64,000 nt of DNA from Octopus vulgaris. Its lineage: Eukaryota. The notes beneath the pieces were generated by a model. That model did no database searches. It saw only the letters and a program-made list of their open reading frames with translations, and was not told where the DNA came from. This document shows positions 22,501 to 36,510 of this stretch, piece by piece (position 1 is the stretch's first letter; each line of letters begins with the position of its first letter). The position numbers were made by a program, and so were the translations under genes. Location: contig OX597814.1 in NCBI GenBank assembly GCA_951406725.2, positions 9,052,001-9,116,000 of the forward strand, read 5' to 3'.

Positions 22501-25426
22501 AGTTAATTAAGAGGGCGCTGACAGGGGCCGTCGTTAACGACCGCTGGTGGTAGGCCCTGAAAATGGCAATAAAATCGGAATCAATTAGGTTTAGCAAAGA
22601 ATTAGCAATAGATCAAAATAGAGTAGACGGAGACCTGGTTAAGAAACTATAAGAGGCACTAACCACTGGCGGCGCAACCAACGTGCTGGCTGCGAGGATG
22701 GCCCTCGACCAACACCTCAACGCCAAGCACGAAGATTGCGTCGTCAGAGCTAAAATGCATGCCTTAAGGAACGAAGGGATTGAAGCTGCGCGAGAGGCCC
22801 GGGTAGTGGAGGCGCAGCGTGGCAACAGAGCCACCATTCAGTCTCTAATAGATCAACAGGGATGCAGTTTACTCGAACCCGAAAGGATGTGTGAGGCCTT
22901 TCAACAGCACCTCGCTCGACTGTTTGGTGCGAGTGGTGGGTCGGAACGCGGGATGGATTTCAGTGCCTACCTGACTGACCTGCCATGGCTCTCGGCAAGA
23001 GAAGCGAAGTGTTGTGAAAGTCCCATCACAGCCGCTGACGTGCGGGATGCGATGGCGGGCTGTGTGAGGGATAAGTCGCCTGCATTGGATGGTTTACCCT
23101 ACGAGCTGTATTGTCAAATGCCAGACTTGTTTGGCGACCTCTTGGCATCAGTCTACTGCAACTGGCAACAAAACGGGAGAATCCCCGGTTTCGTGAGCCG
23201 AGGTTCAGTGACGTTGCTGAAGAAAGACCCAAACAAGGGGAATTTTATAGATAATTTCAGGCCCATCACTCTGCTCAACGCAGATTTGAAAATTTTGGCC
23301 AAAGTAATAGCCGAGAGGTTGGCATTTGTCATTGGTAAGCTGGTCGACAGGGCGCAAACATGCGCCATGCCGGGTTTACCATACATGACAACCTCCATCT
23401 GATGCGCTACATTGTGGACAGGGTAGTTAAGGATCCTGGCATGGGTGGGGCGCTGATCAATTTGGATCAGTCTAAAGCCTTAATAGGGTCGACCATCGGT
23501 ACTTGGCGGCCGTCTTCAGGGCGGCTGGCTTCGGTCCCGTCTTCCGCGGTTGGATCGTTGCCTTGTATAGCGGCATCCGATCGGTGATTTGGGTGAACGG
23601 TCACCTGTCGAAACCGTTTGACATCACGCGTTCGGTCCGTCAGGGGTGTCCCCTGTCGGCGCTTCTGTATGTATTGACTCTCGAGCCGCTACTGCGGAAG
23701 CTGGCGACACTGAGGGGCATCCCATGGGAACTGGGTTACGGGACGAGTGTGTCAGCATATGCGGACGATGTCACCGTCATAGTGTCGAGCGAAAAAGACA
23801 TCCAGATGATAGGCGAGACACTAAAAAAATACGAAACGTTGACAGGAGCGAAAATTAACCTGGAAAAGTCAGTGGGTTTGCTACTCGGCACCTGGAGAAG
23901 CAAGCCCATGCCGTCCGACTGCAGCTCAATAGTGGGACGCTGGATGGACGGACCGGTTATATTGCTCGGGGTCTGGTTCAGTCCGGACCTCCAAATGGAT
24001 AAGAACTGGGACGAGATCACGAGTAGAGTGGTCGTTCTCAGCCAAACGTGGGCCAAGAGAAAGCTGTCTCTAAAAGGTCGGGCGGAGGTGGCGAACGCGT
24101 ACATCGCATCCGTCATCGATTACCGCCTGACCGTCGTGCCTTGTCCCGACGTCACCATCACCAAACTGGAGTGCACACTCTTCCGCTTCCTGTGGAAGGG
24201 TGGGGTTCCGATGGTGAGGAGGTCCATTTGCTGTCAACATCTGTTAAATGGAGGACTGGGAATGCCGTGGTTGATGATGCGCAGGTATGCGCTGAGACTG
24301 CGACATCTCTGGAACTTCATCGATGATGGTGAACAGGTGTGGGCGCCGTTTGTGAGGGGCACCTTCCCGCAGCTCGTCTCACTGACCGAACTGCAAACGT
24401 GGATCAAAAAGAGACCGAAACTGGGCGATTGACACCGAGAGTGTCGCCAAGCTCTACAGCAGCTCTGCCGTCCGGGGTCAAACTTGTGCAACTTACAAAC
24501 GACTAAAGCGTTTTATAGAGGACTAGTGGAGGGGAGGTCCGACGACACACTCGGGGCAAACGTGGGTGTCGACGAGAAATTCCTGACCTGCCTTTTCAGG
24601 ACTACATTCGGGCCAGGGCCTATGGATAACTTCCAGAAATCCCTGGCTTGGCAATGCTATCGGGATGCACTACTTGTTCGAGAGAAGAGCTACAGGCACG
24701 GTTCGAAAACCATCACCGGACCGACCTGCCCAAGATGCGGTCAGAACAACGAAACCGTTCTGCACGCACTCGTGTAGTGTCCAGATATTTCAGAGCTGTG
24801 GACCTTCGTCGAACAGCTGTTGTCGCGTGTAGGACGGACCCGCTTATCGGCCGAGTCTATCGTGAATATTGTTCCACCACCTTCCTTTAAACGGGAAGGG
24901 AAAATGGTTTTCGTTACACTGATGGCTATGGCGAAAGAATGTGTGTGGTGGACGCGTTTGAAAGGACTAAAAACAAACACCTTCCTCTCTGGTCAGTCTC
25001 TCGTCAACTTTTTCAAGTACCACATGAAAAGGAGGATGAGAATAGAGAGGAAGGCTTTGTCGAACGAATGTTTTAATAAAAAGTGGGTAAAAGTGGCAAA
25101 AATGGTCAGTATGAAAGACGACACCATTTTAAGCGTAAATCTGTAACCTAAAGAGACAACGAGAGGTAAGGTGACTTACTCATGTGTTCATTTTCGAACT
25201 GTCTGAGGTGACCTTGGTCTTTTTTGTAGGTTTTTCTTTCCAAGGCTACACCTAAACTGTGAACTTTATATATATTGCTTTTTTTATACACCACCCAACC
25301 CACAGATTCCTATTGATCGAACGTTTTTTCTTTGTGTCCCACCCATCCCACCTTGAAAAGAAAAAACTCTACATTGTATTTCGTCCAATTTTTCTGTGTT
25401 TAACCCTGTGTGGCTACAATAAAAAG
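19579..25426 (+). mobile_element. Full-length Tx1-type (L1 group) non-LTR retrotransposon, flanked by (ATCT)n
   Basis: 5' UTR, ORF1 remnants with a CCHC knuckle (CYNCGSPEHLIAKC), ORF2 with APE endonuclease, RT and zinc finger, T-rich 3' UTR with AATAAA, then (TATC)n 25427-25520. Confidence 0.92.
21708..25146 (+). pseudogene. Tx1 ORF2 (APE endonuclease - RT - Cys finger), disrupted
   Basis: NARGL, SETRL, VYAP, GDWN, SYLDR and TDH (APE); FRPITLLNADLKI, RQGCPLS and YADD (RT); CPRC..ETVLHAL. Stops near 22551, 22650, 24430 and 24775, and frameshifts near 23370-23480. Confidence 0.9.
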
Positions 25427-25756
25427 TTATCTATCTATCTATCTATCTGCCTATCTATCTATCTATCTATCTATCTATCTGCCTATCTATCTATCTATCT
25501 GCCTATCTATCTATCTATCTATTATTATTATATTCATTATTGTTATTATTTATTATTATTATTATCATCATCATCTATATATATGTTTGTATGTATTCAT
25601 TTGGGTGTGTGTTTTTATGTATATAAATACATGTGTATTTGTGTATATAAGTGCATGTGCATTTATATATATATTGTTCTTGATTCCCAAAATTTATGTA
25701 TATATTTGTAAGTATATATCTATATTTCTCTCCTTCTCTCTCTCTCTGTCTCTCTC

Positions 25757-25800
<44 letters not shown>

Positions 25801-25803
<3 letters not shown>

Positions 25804-26060
25804 GAAATTTACAGGGAAACAAAAGCAAAGACAGGTGTATGAACAACAAGCAGGTGTAATAGTTTGATGCTCAGGAAAATGAGAAGGTCTTTTATGTTTT
25901 GAGCCTATGCTCTTCAGCATAAAGAAGTAAGAGAAAATAAACAGAGAGAGAATAAAAAACTTTGGGTTTAGCTATCAAGCATGGTGACTGGTTGGGAGAA
26001 AAAGGTTTGACAGGAGAGGTTGAAAGAACGGGAGATAATAAAGTATTGGTGATCCCAAAA
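25801..26060 (-). mobile_element. Small TA-microsatellite-associated repeat with a degenerate hammerhead motif (25888-25925)
   Basis: Minus strand reads TCTTT-ATGCTGA-A-GAGC-ATAG-GCTC-AAAAC-ATA-AAAGA. A related motif is at 55382-55412 (+). Confidence 0.5.
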
Positions 26061-26371
26061 CGAAGGTGTGCATGCATGTGTGTGAGAATGTATAAGTATG
26101 TGTGTTTGGATAGGGGCTAGTAGCTTTGACATGTGAATGTGTGCATGTGTGAGTGCGTCTGTAATATGTGGGTGTGCAGATGATGGGTGTGATGTGGATG
26201 CTGGGAAGTGTTCAGTGCTAGTGTGTGGGGACATATATACAGGGGTATATATGCCAACATATATACGCCAACCACTCCGAGAGTGTAGTGTGTGCTTTTA
26301 TGTGCCACCGGCACAAGGGCCGGTCAAGCAGTTCTGGCAACAACCATGCTCAAATGGTGTTTTAATATATA

Positions 26372-27530
26372 TATTAAGTCATCCCATAATTAATGCGATT
26401 TTTATACTTCTTTTGTTTTTCAAAATTGAGATAAACAAAGTTCTTTTTTAATCTAAAATATACTCTCCTTCATTTTGTACAATGCTCATCAATCTCTCTA
26501 GTAGACTTGCAAAGCCCCACTTCCAAAATTCACTCGTCTGTGATGAAAAATACTCCTCCAGTACTGTTCTGACCTTGTCTATAGAATTCATATTTTTTCT
26601 GTCCAAATGATTTTGAAGACTGTGGAATGAATGATAACTAGATGGGCAATATACAATGAATATAGTGGGTAGGGCATCGTTTCCCATTCAAACTGCCCCA
26701 GCCCTTGGAATGTTATCCTTCTGGCGAAGTATTATCCTGATGGAATAACACCTTTCTTCTTGAAACCAAGGATGGCCATTTGTCTTCTAACGCTGACTTA
26801 AGCTGCTCAAAGTAGATCCCTTTTGTTATCATTTAGTTTGGGTTTAAAAGTTCAGTGGACTAAACTTTTCGTATCCCACCAAACAGATAACAACGTCTTA
26901 CATGGGTGAAAACTTTCTTTAGCCTGGGGTGCTAGTGTTTCTCTTTTCCCTAACCAGTCTGGTACTTATTTTTATAGAGAACCCATTTCTCATCACCAGT
27001 CACTATTCAGTCCATAGAAGGTTCATTTGTGACACATGACAGCAAAGAAGAGTGCACATTCACTCTCTGCATGTGATTAGACTCAGAAAGTTTGTGAGGA
27101 ACCCATTGACCCAATTTGCTGACTTTTCTGAAGGCACACAGGTATCAATGAAAGGTTGAATGACCTAATCCAAGCTTTTCTGTTAATTCCTCAGCAGTTA
27201 CTATGGGATTTTGTTCCACCAGGGTGTGCAGGATGTCCTCATCAAGCTCTATAAATCTACCAGGATGAGGTGCATTTTCAAGGCTGTTGCTTCCAGCTTA
27301 GGATTTCTGGAACCACAGTTGACACTGGCTTATACTTATTGTTTGATCCCCATATACTACCTTAATATTCCTTGCACTTTCCATTGTGGTGTTGCCTTTA
27401 TTGAACTCATAAAGCACAATATGCCGAATATGCTCCTTTGCCATTTATATTGTAGCTTTGAAAAAATAACTGTTAAAATTGAACTGCACTCTTCAAAGCT
27501 TGCACTAAGAATAAGGACAAGGTAGTATTA
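26372..27530 (-). mobile_element. Decayed mariner transposon
   Basis: WVPHKL (about 27100), TGDEKWVLY (about 26990) and the C-terminal YHSFHSLQNHL...NEGEYILD. Confidence 0.85.
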
Positions 27531-27629
27531 CTAGCTGCTTTTATAGAAAGTTGATGCAGGTAATTTACCATCCCTGTGACTTTAAGTTCATGCAATTGAA
27601 AAAAACTGCATTATTTATGGGATTAGGTG

Positions 27630-28450
27630 AGCGGTATCAAATTGTTGGATCAGATGATAAAAATTATGGAGAGAGTCATAGGCCAACTAATTATGGAGGG
27701 AATTAGCCTAGGTGAGATGCAGTTTCGTTTCGTGCCAGGGAGAAGCACCACTGATGCTATATTTCTGGTAAGAAAGCTGCAGGAGAAATACCCAGCCAAA
27801 GATAAACCTCTGTACCTGGCTTTTCTTGACTTTGAGAAAACCTTTGTCAGGGTCCCCAATCTCTTAACTGGTGCTCAATGTGGAAACTAGTGATAGACGA
27901 GTGATTGGTGAGTGCTATACAAGCTATGTACAAGAATGCTACCAGTAAGATGAAAGTTAGCAATGAGTATGGCAAAGAATTCAGGTTACAAGTAGGGGTT
28001 CACCAAGGATCATTCCTCTGCCCATTCTTGTTCATCATAGTCCTCCAGGCAATAACAGAGGAAATCAAGACAGGCTGCCCCTCGGAGCTCCTCTATACTG
28101 ATAACTTTGCATTTATAGCTGAATCACTACCTGCCTCACAGAGGCAAAGTGGCCAAGTTCCTTTTGAGCGTTGGGCCTCACAGAGGCAAAGTGGCCGAGT
28201 TCATTTTAAGCATTGGATTTCACGGAGGTAAAGTGGCTGAGTTCCTTTTGAGTGTTGGGCCTCATGGAAGCAATGACCAAGACCAATTCCGTTATGTGGT
28301 GCTTGAGAAGAAGGTCCATTAAGCCAAGCCAAATTGCAGTTGTGACAGATACCAGTGTCACACAAATGGTACCTGTGTCGGTGGCCCATAAAGGCACCCA
28401 TTACACTCTCAGAGTGGTTGGCATTAAGAAGGGTATCCAGCTGTAGAAAG
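27630..28450 (+). mobile_element. RTE LINE fragment
   Basis: FVPGRSTTDAIF and VGVHQGS motifs, with the RTE 3' tail GTGGTTGGCATTAAGAAGGG. Confidence 0.85.
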
Positions 28451-28989
28451 TTCAAATACATTTGATGAAAATTTTAGTAAATTCTAACTTCGGGTGCAAC
28501 ATTTAAAATTTTCTTTCTTCTTGTCCCATATTTTTCCAGATTCAATACTTAAGAATATTCTAGCAACCTACACCTGCATTTTTCATTCTAATATACACAC
28601 ATACAATCTCTCCATCCTGAAGACACAGTTCAGATTTATCCACTGTTTATTTGCTTCCATTTTTGGTTGCATATTTAGTTGAACTACATCTGCTAACATT
28701 ATGAAGTAACTCTGAACCCTCAGAAACAGATGTCAGACTTGTAACACTATATCTTAGCCTCTTTAATTTTCTGTGTCAGTGTAAGTTTCTTCTATTAATA
28801 TATAAATATCTATATATTTATCACCTGAAAATTTTCAGTCTTTGCTTTCTCTTTCTTATCATGTATACATGTATATATCAATAGAATATCAAACCCAAGG
28901 AGTTTAATTTGTGTATCTGCCTCATCCCCCTCTCTCTCTCTCTTCCCCTCTCTTGTTCTCACATTCTTTCTCTTTCTTACAAACACATA

Positions 28990-31900
28990 ATTACAGTTAA
29001 CCCTTTACCATTTGGGTCAGGGGCACCTACATAACCACACACAAACTCTTTCTTGCTGGTTCTGGTGCTGCCTGCAGTATTTTGCCAGTTAAATTTACCA
29101 AAAATATAACTCCTCTTTCTGCAGTCACCCTGCAAGCTGTGAGCCACTGGACTATACAGACATATGGTCAAATCTCTCTTTCCTTGGATTTGGCCATGCG
29201 AAAAGATTTTCAATGAATTTTCATCATCAACGACCTGCCTTACCCTATTCTCAGTGCAGATTTTCTCCATCACTACTTCCTTCTTGTTGATGTAAGCAGT
29301 GACAGTACTACAGATCTTGCTATTTTAGGACAAAAGTTGAGTACTCTGTTGGCTAGTCTGGTATTCTTTATGACAGCAACTGGAAACCCAGATCGATCAA
29401 TTTTGGACTCTTTTCCAGAGCTCACCAACTTGGATTTTCTAGTGAGTGTAGCTGCTCTCACTACAAAACATTATAGTGCAGCTCAGAATTATTTACACTT
29501 TCGCAAGCCAATGGGCCTTCTCAAGGGATCCAGATTTTAGACATCTCAATGCTATCGCTATTCCTGAGAGTTATCCAATTCTTTATCTCCAAGAGTTTGC
29601 TTCCTCATTGTTTGGATGTACTTTATTTTCCAAGCTTGATCTCATGAGAGCTTATCACCAAATTCCTGTTCACCCAGAGGACATTCCAAAGACCACAATA
29701 ACAACCCCATTGAGGACCTTCTTTTTCCTACTTTCCTTTGCCAGTTGTGCCTTTTCCTTGGCTTGCTGAACTTTTATTGCCACTCCATTCCTCACTGCAT
29801 TGGTCTCCTGTCTCCATTTACTGAGCTTTTAAGGAACTGTCGTAAGAAGTATGAAGTCATTGTATTGACTCCAGCCCAGAAGGAAGCTTTTGATGCTGTG
29901 AAACATGAACTTGCTAAAGCATCTCTCCTCATGCATTCTATCTCTGATGCAAAGCTTTTGCTTGTGATTGATGCCTTGGACACAACAATTGGTGTGATGT
30001 TACAACAGTTTCACCAACAACACCTACAATCACTTGCATTTTTCTCTCAGCAGCTAAAACCTGCTGAGACGTGTTGCAGTACCTTTGGTCACAAATTGTT
30101 GGTGATCTACTTTTCAGTGAAGTATTTCTAGCACATCCTTGAAGGGAGGAACTTTACCATCCAAAGTGATCATAAGCCCCTTACCCTTGCCTTGTGGTCC
30201 AAACCTGAGAATATTCACCAAGGGAGACTAGACACTTGGACTTTGTATCACAATTTACCAGTGATCTCCAGCACATCTAAGGAGCTCAAAACACTGCCAG
30301 TGAATTCTTTATCATCAACTCTGGAAATTGACCTGACTGTTTTGTCCTCTGACCAACCTCCTCCTCTCAACTTACTTGACACTTCTTCTGAGTATGTGAC
30401 ATGCAAATTCAAGTACCTGCCTCTTCCAACTACTGATCAGCTGATCTTGAGTGATGTATTGATGGATTCGCCTCATCCTTTAATCCCAATGACCCATCAA
30501 CGAGCTGTATTTGGAGCTTTGCAGTCTTTCACATCCTGGAGCTTCGGCTTCAGTAAAGCTCAAAACAGCTAAATTCTTCTGGCCAAATTATGAGATGCGA
30601 CATTACTGAATGGACCAAACTTGTCTCCAATGCCAGAAGTCGAAGGTGCATGAGGACATCTGGGCACCACTTGGTACCTTTAGTACACCTGATGCATGTT
30701 TCTGCCACATTCATATTGATCTTGTAGGACCCTGACCTGACTGGTTCACTCACTGGCCTGAAGCCATTCCTTTAATTATTATCTCTGCTGAATCTGTAGT
30801 GAGAGCCCTGGTATCAGGCTGGATATCACGTTATGCTGTCCATACCACTATTATGACAGACCATGGTAGACAATTGGAATCTCACCTTTTCTCAGAACTC
30901 CCAAAAATCATTGGTGCTCAACAGATCTGGATTACCAGTTATCATTCTGCATCTAATGGAATACTAGAGCACTTCCATTGTCAGTTGAAATCTATGTTTC
31001 ATGCCTACCCTGATACTCAATGCTGGAGTGAGTACCTCCCCATAGTGCTCCTTAGCATTTAGCCTGTGCTCAAGGAGGATCTCAGATACTCCACAGCTAC
31101 GCTGCTGTATGGTGCTTCATTATCTTTACCAGGGTTGATGCACACCCCAGTCAACCTTTCTATTCAAGATCCTGCACTCAATGTGAACCACCTTCATTCA
31201 TATTTTCAGGACTTATCACCAATGAACACTTGACATCAAATTGTAAAACCTGCAATCCTCATGGACCCACATTTTTGTTAGAAATGATGCCATGAGAAGT
31301 CCCACTGAAAAGCATTTCCCTATTGACTATAATGGTTCTAGAGACACTGTCTCTATTGTCAGAATGAAGAGGATTTACGCGGATGCTAATACCCCAGAGC
31401 CACATACATCCCTCACACACACCTCGCCACAAACATATACACTCCCTACACATACAGTTCCACAAACACCTCCCCCACCTTCACCAAGATATGTCACAAC
31501 AACTTGCAGTGGTTATGTCCATTGGCCTGAAAGACTTGGAGAAAATCTTTATAAATGAACTGGCCCTGACTGCCTTTAACTGTCTTTTAGCACGCTTACT
31601 TGTTGCTTGATATATTAATATTTCTTTTTGTCACTTGTGTGTGCTTTTTTTTTACATTTGTGTGAATATTTTGCTTTTTTTGCATTTATTCTTTCTTTAT
31701 ATTATTTGTATCAACTCACAGTCTGAAGTGTGGGGATGTCATGTAGTGTGTCAAAGAAACCATATTTAGCTGGAGATGGTTGCACAGTTATAAATATGGT
31801 GTTACTTGACCAGAAAGGGATGCTGTTCCAGTCAGTCAAACAACAGCTAGCAGAAGACTTCGACAAGAATACAGCTATTTTCAGTGGGACTTCAGAAGGG

Positions 31901-32251
31901 CACTACCTCTGACGGCATTACTTCGACATGAACAGCTGTGTTATTTCACCAACTTAATGCCATAAACTTTGGGATTACATAAAGCACACACAGAGAATCC
32001 CATTATTCTCTATGGACGGAACTTGCCTGTTTAAACTTCTTACAACCTTTATTGCAGTATGCTTCCACCTATGTATGTAGTAGTGAGTCCAATAGGCTTC
32101 TTGAATCCTACATAAAACTGTCTACTCCCATTGCTACCCAAATAAATTAAGGTGTTTGTTATAATATAGCTTTCTGATGTATTTTGTCAATGCCTCACAG
32201 ATGCAACTCTTTCATTGATTCCCACATTGTGTATTTATTGGTAACACACTA
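28990..32251 (+). mobile_element. Decayed Gypsy element (pol plus 3' LTR about 31742-32251)
   Basis: FSKLDLMRAYHQIPVHPEDIPKT (RT), FLGLLNFY and LAFFS (RNase H), HIDLVGP / TDHGRQ / YHSASNG (integrase), and a purine tract before TGTAGTG. Confidence 0.85.
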
Positions 32252-32324
32252 AAACTGGTGAAAATTAACTCAAGTTACATTCTTACATAGTTATATTTGG
32301 ACACAGAAACAACTCTGCCACAAA

Positions 32325-33595
32325 TGTTATCGCAGGGTAAGGACAATACTCAAGACAGAGCTAAACGCAAGAAACACAACCAAAGTGATCAATACTTTAG
32401 CCATACCGGTCGTGACTTATAGTTTCAATATCGTTAACTGGTCAATTACTGAAATATGTAATCTTGACAGAAAATATGAAAACTGTTGACAATGCATAGA
32501 TTGCACTACCCAAAGGCAGATATAGAATGACTTTATCTGCCAAGAAAAAAAGGATGGCCATGGACTTTTACAACTTGAATTAACAATGAAGATTGCTACA
32601 ATTGGCCTAGACACCTACCTGAAAAATACTGATGACTGGATGTTAAAATTTGTCTTAAAGCATGGAAATAGGAAAACATCATATTCAGTAACAAAACAGG
32701 CAAAGGAATATCTAAGTGAATTCCAAATACAACAAATTCTAAAATTAGATGTACAGGAAACAAGCACAGAAAAAGCTAAGTGTATGAAAACCCATGGTAA
32801 AACTGCTACCTTAGATATTCTTGCTGATAAATGGCATGAAAAGCCTTTTAATGGCAAATACCCAAAAAGAGCTATAATGTGGATGTTGACAAAGCCCTTA
32901 CCCATCAATGGTTAGTGTCTTCTAGTTTAAAATCAGAGACAGAAGGTTTTATCATAGAAGCCCAAGGAGCTACCTACAAGGAGCTACCAGGTCACCATAG
33001 TAAAGAACGGCAGTAGCCCAACATGTCGTGTATGGGAGCAACAAAATGAGACCATCAATCATGCTGTCTCCATGTGCAGTTTTCATGCGCCTACAGAGTA
33101 TCTCAACAGGTATGATACGACAGCACAGTATATTCACTGGATAATTTGCAAAAATTTGAACCTGCTCCATGATAAAAACTTGTGGGAACACAAACCATCT
33201 CCGGTGCTTGAAAATCACCACATCTCACTCCTTTGGAACTTTACTGTTCAAACTGACAGAAAGATAGATGCAAATAGGCCAGACTTTATATTAAAGGGCT
33301 TCAGACGAAAATCTTGCCTCCTCATTTATATGGCTGTCCCAATCAACATAAATCTATCTCTCAAGACCCTCCAAAAACTGAATAACTATAAAGATCTTGA
33401 TATAGAAATTGGCAAAATGTGGAACCTCAAGACTAAGCCAATAATTGTTGTCACAGGTGCCCTAGGATTGAGCACAAAAGGAGCCGATTGCTACTTTGCT
33501 CAGATACAAGGAAATCCAAAACTGGAAGAAATTCAAATAATAGTGCTCATAGGTACTGCCCATACCCTACATAAAATAGTGTCTATGTAATCCTC
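32325..33595 (+). mobile_element. R4/Dong-like element 3' half
   Basis: ORF 33072-33590 has LLWNFTVQTDRKIDANRPDF and IIVVTGALG (RLE). Confidence 0.85.
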
Positions 33596-33651
33596 AAAAC
33601 ATTTTAATCGGCAAAAAGTCAAAATATTTTTAAATGTACATAATACCAAAA

Positions 33652-34719
33652 GGATCTTTTCTTTTTGATGGACGGAATTTTCTAGTTAACTAAAAAATTT
33701 GAAACTTCGTATACTGGTAGAATGTGTCAAAAGAAAACATTATTGTAAACAAAATTGAAAACAAAATTGTAATTTGTAACTTTAACGTAGTTTAATTCTT
33801 CAAATTTTAACCAATGAAATCCCATCATCTTCGAATTTTAACCAATGAAATCGCAGCATTTGAGCTCAAATCATTTGCTGCGTTATCGATATTGATAAAC
33901 AAACATAGCTGACGCATGACACACATGCACACACACACACTCTCTCTCTCTCAAACACATGCATATACATTTGCACAAGCACATAGTAATTAATATATAA
34001 GCGTACACACACATACAAATGGACATATACATACACACACATACGCACACAAGCATACATACATGTTTGTGAGTTGCCCCTTGCTGCAACAAATTTGCAC
34101 AAAAGGTAAATAAACCAGAAGGGGGGTCAATGTTTCATCGTTTCGGGGTCGATAAATTAAGTACCAATTACGCACTGGTGTCGAGGATTTTTTTCCCAAT
34201 TTATATCACAGCTTCCGACAAGCTGGGGCATCCTTTTATGAAAAAATATTTTTCAAATTTTTACAATACGACTCACACTCCACACGCAAACTCTCGACCG
34301 CTTTAGACATATTATTGCTTTGTTTTTGTTGTTTCTGGCTCTTCAAAACCATGGGAGAAGCCTTTTCGGTAAAAAAAAAAATAAAGAAAATATTCAAAAA
34401 ATATCGTTAATATTTTTATTGGGCGACGAAATTCATCGATTTAAGAGATATAGCTGTTATTTCTAGCACATGCAGAAGACAGAAGAGAGAGAAGGATGAA
34501 TAAGACGTGTGTGTGTGTGTGAGTTTTTAGACGCAGCAAATGATTTCAGCTCAAATGCTAGGATTTCATTAGTTAAAATTCGAAGAATTAAACTACGTTA
34601 AAGTTACAAATTACAATTTTGTTTACAATAATGTTTTCTTTTGACACATTCTACAAGGATACGAAGTTTCAAATTGTTTAGTTAACTAGAAAATTCCGTC
34701 CATCAAAAAGAAAAGATCC
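33652..34719. mobile_element. MITE / non-autonomous DNA transposon with about 200-bp TIRs, termini GGATC..GATCC
   Basis: 33652-33880 is a near reverse complement of 34535-34719. Confidence 0.85.
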
Positions 34720-36510
34720 TAACAAACACCTTTTCCCGCCATCTTCATGTCAGACTATCATCTTATAATGAAATTACTTTTGAAGCCATCTTTTAATTTA
34801 CTTATGTTTTCAGGGAGCTGGAGGGGAGGTGGAGGAGCAATAAAGAGAAAAGTGGAGAAAGAAGGAAAGAAAGAAAGAGAGAGAGAAGGAAAGGTAGAAA
34901 GAGAGAAAGAAAACATCTAAACAAAAACCCATTTGTCATGTTACGGCCTTTTTACGCCGCACCCAAGAAATCAAAATGAAAGCAATAAAATTAAGACTGA
35001 AAATGAATCGCAGTAAAAAAAGGTGAGGTAACGTGTAAATATATTTCCATAATCAACAAACATTACAGAGTAACCTTTTACTAAAGCGGCTTCAATTAAT
35101 AGAAAACCTGTTGGGAAATCTTGGATAAATAATTCCCACGTTTTCGATGATAACAAATTATTCTGATTTCGCTAAAAACCACACGGCATTTCCAACTCTG
35201 AATCTGTCCCTCCCACCCCGCATTTATGAATGTATACAGGTATTGTATATGTGTGTGTGTGTATATGTATGAAATGTATACTATATCTGTATGTATGTAT
35301 GTATGTATGGTGTATTACATCAATTAATAAAGAACCGAAAGAAAAATAGAATCTGTTTATTCAGAGATTCTCTCAAACCAAATCCAAACAAGTTTCCACA
35401 TACCTTTTCGGTATGTACACTGAATCGGCCATACATACATACATACACACATACACACACACATACTTACACACACATACAAATACATTCAGACATACAT
35501 ATACACATACACCGAGTAAATAATTACACTGAATCGGCCATACATACATACATACACACACACATACATAGATACATACACACACACACACATGTACATC
35601 AATGCTTCGGTTACTTCAAAACAAATTACCTCGTCATAAAATCGCTTCCTCTTAGTCTCTTTCGCTCTCATTACTTCAAATGTTCCCGCAAACCCATATG
35701 TAAAAAAATAAAAGTTTTTTACGGAAATCGACGGAAACGTGCTACTACAAACGAAAGATCGCCCTTTTCGGTTGCTTCTCACTACAACTCCTGTTTAAAT
35801 CCTAGCCCACATTTACTATATTTTCATTCTACTGGGGCGGCGGTCATTTGCCAGAAATGACCCCATCGTCTTAAATATCAACATGAAACTGACGTGTTAG
35901 TATCCCTGATAATGAAACAATTGTCTTCTTCTAGGGTGTGGCCTATATGAGGAGACTTGGCTGCCATTTCTAGCTTCACGTACGTTAAAACTTTCAACAT
36001 AATTTTATGGAATCCAGGTAACAAAAAAATTAACAGGAAAACTATGGGAGTTTTATCCAGAGGTGGGGGCGATTGTCCGAGGGGGTTTTGTCCTAGGTGG
36101 GGGACATAAATTATTTGTGACTTTATTACAGGTCTTCCTTTTATGACCAGGAAAACATGGCATACCTTACACAGGTGCCCCCTCCATCGATTTTGTTTGT
36201 TCGTAACTTTCAGAAAAGTTGATGTTCTTGAATGAAATTTACTAGAAATAGCTTCAAGAGGTTCCAATGATTGGGGGGGGATATCGATGGCTTTGCAGAC
36301 ATACATAATGACACACATCACATATACCCACAACACTTGGAAATACGTACACACACACACACACATCCTGGAAACGGAGAGGAAACAACAAATCCATGTA
36401 GTTATAATGTAAAGGAAAAGTATTGAAAGCGATTTTGTAAAGTATTTGTAAAGCAATGGAGAGACGGGATTAAAGAAATTAAATTAGGAAGATGTAAAAC
36501 GAAGACTTAC

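Noticed and set aside
25259-25920. ORFs with LSIY, YI and CV repeats (also near 33.9, 35.3 and 48.7 kb)
   Set aside because: Microsatellite translations with no coding signal.
35015-35035. Plus-strand splice donors suggesting an antisense gene
   Set aside because: No linked acceptor, ORF or downstream exon could be found.
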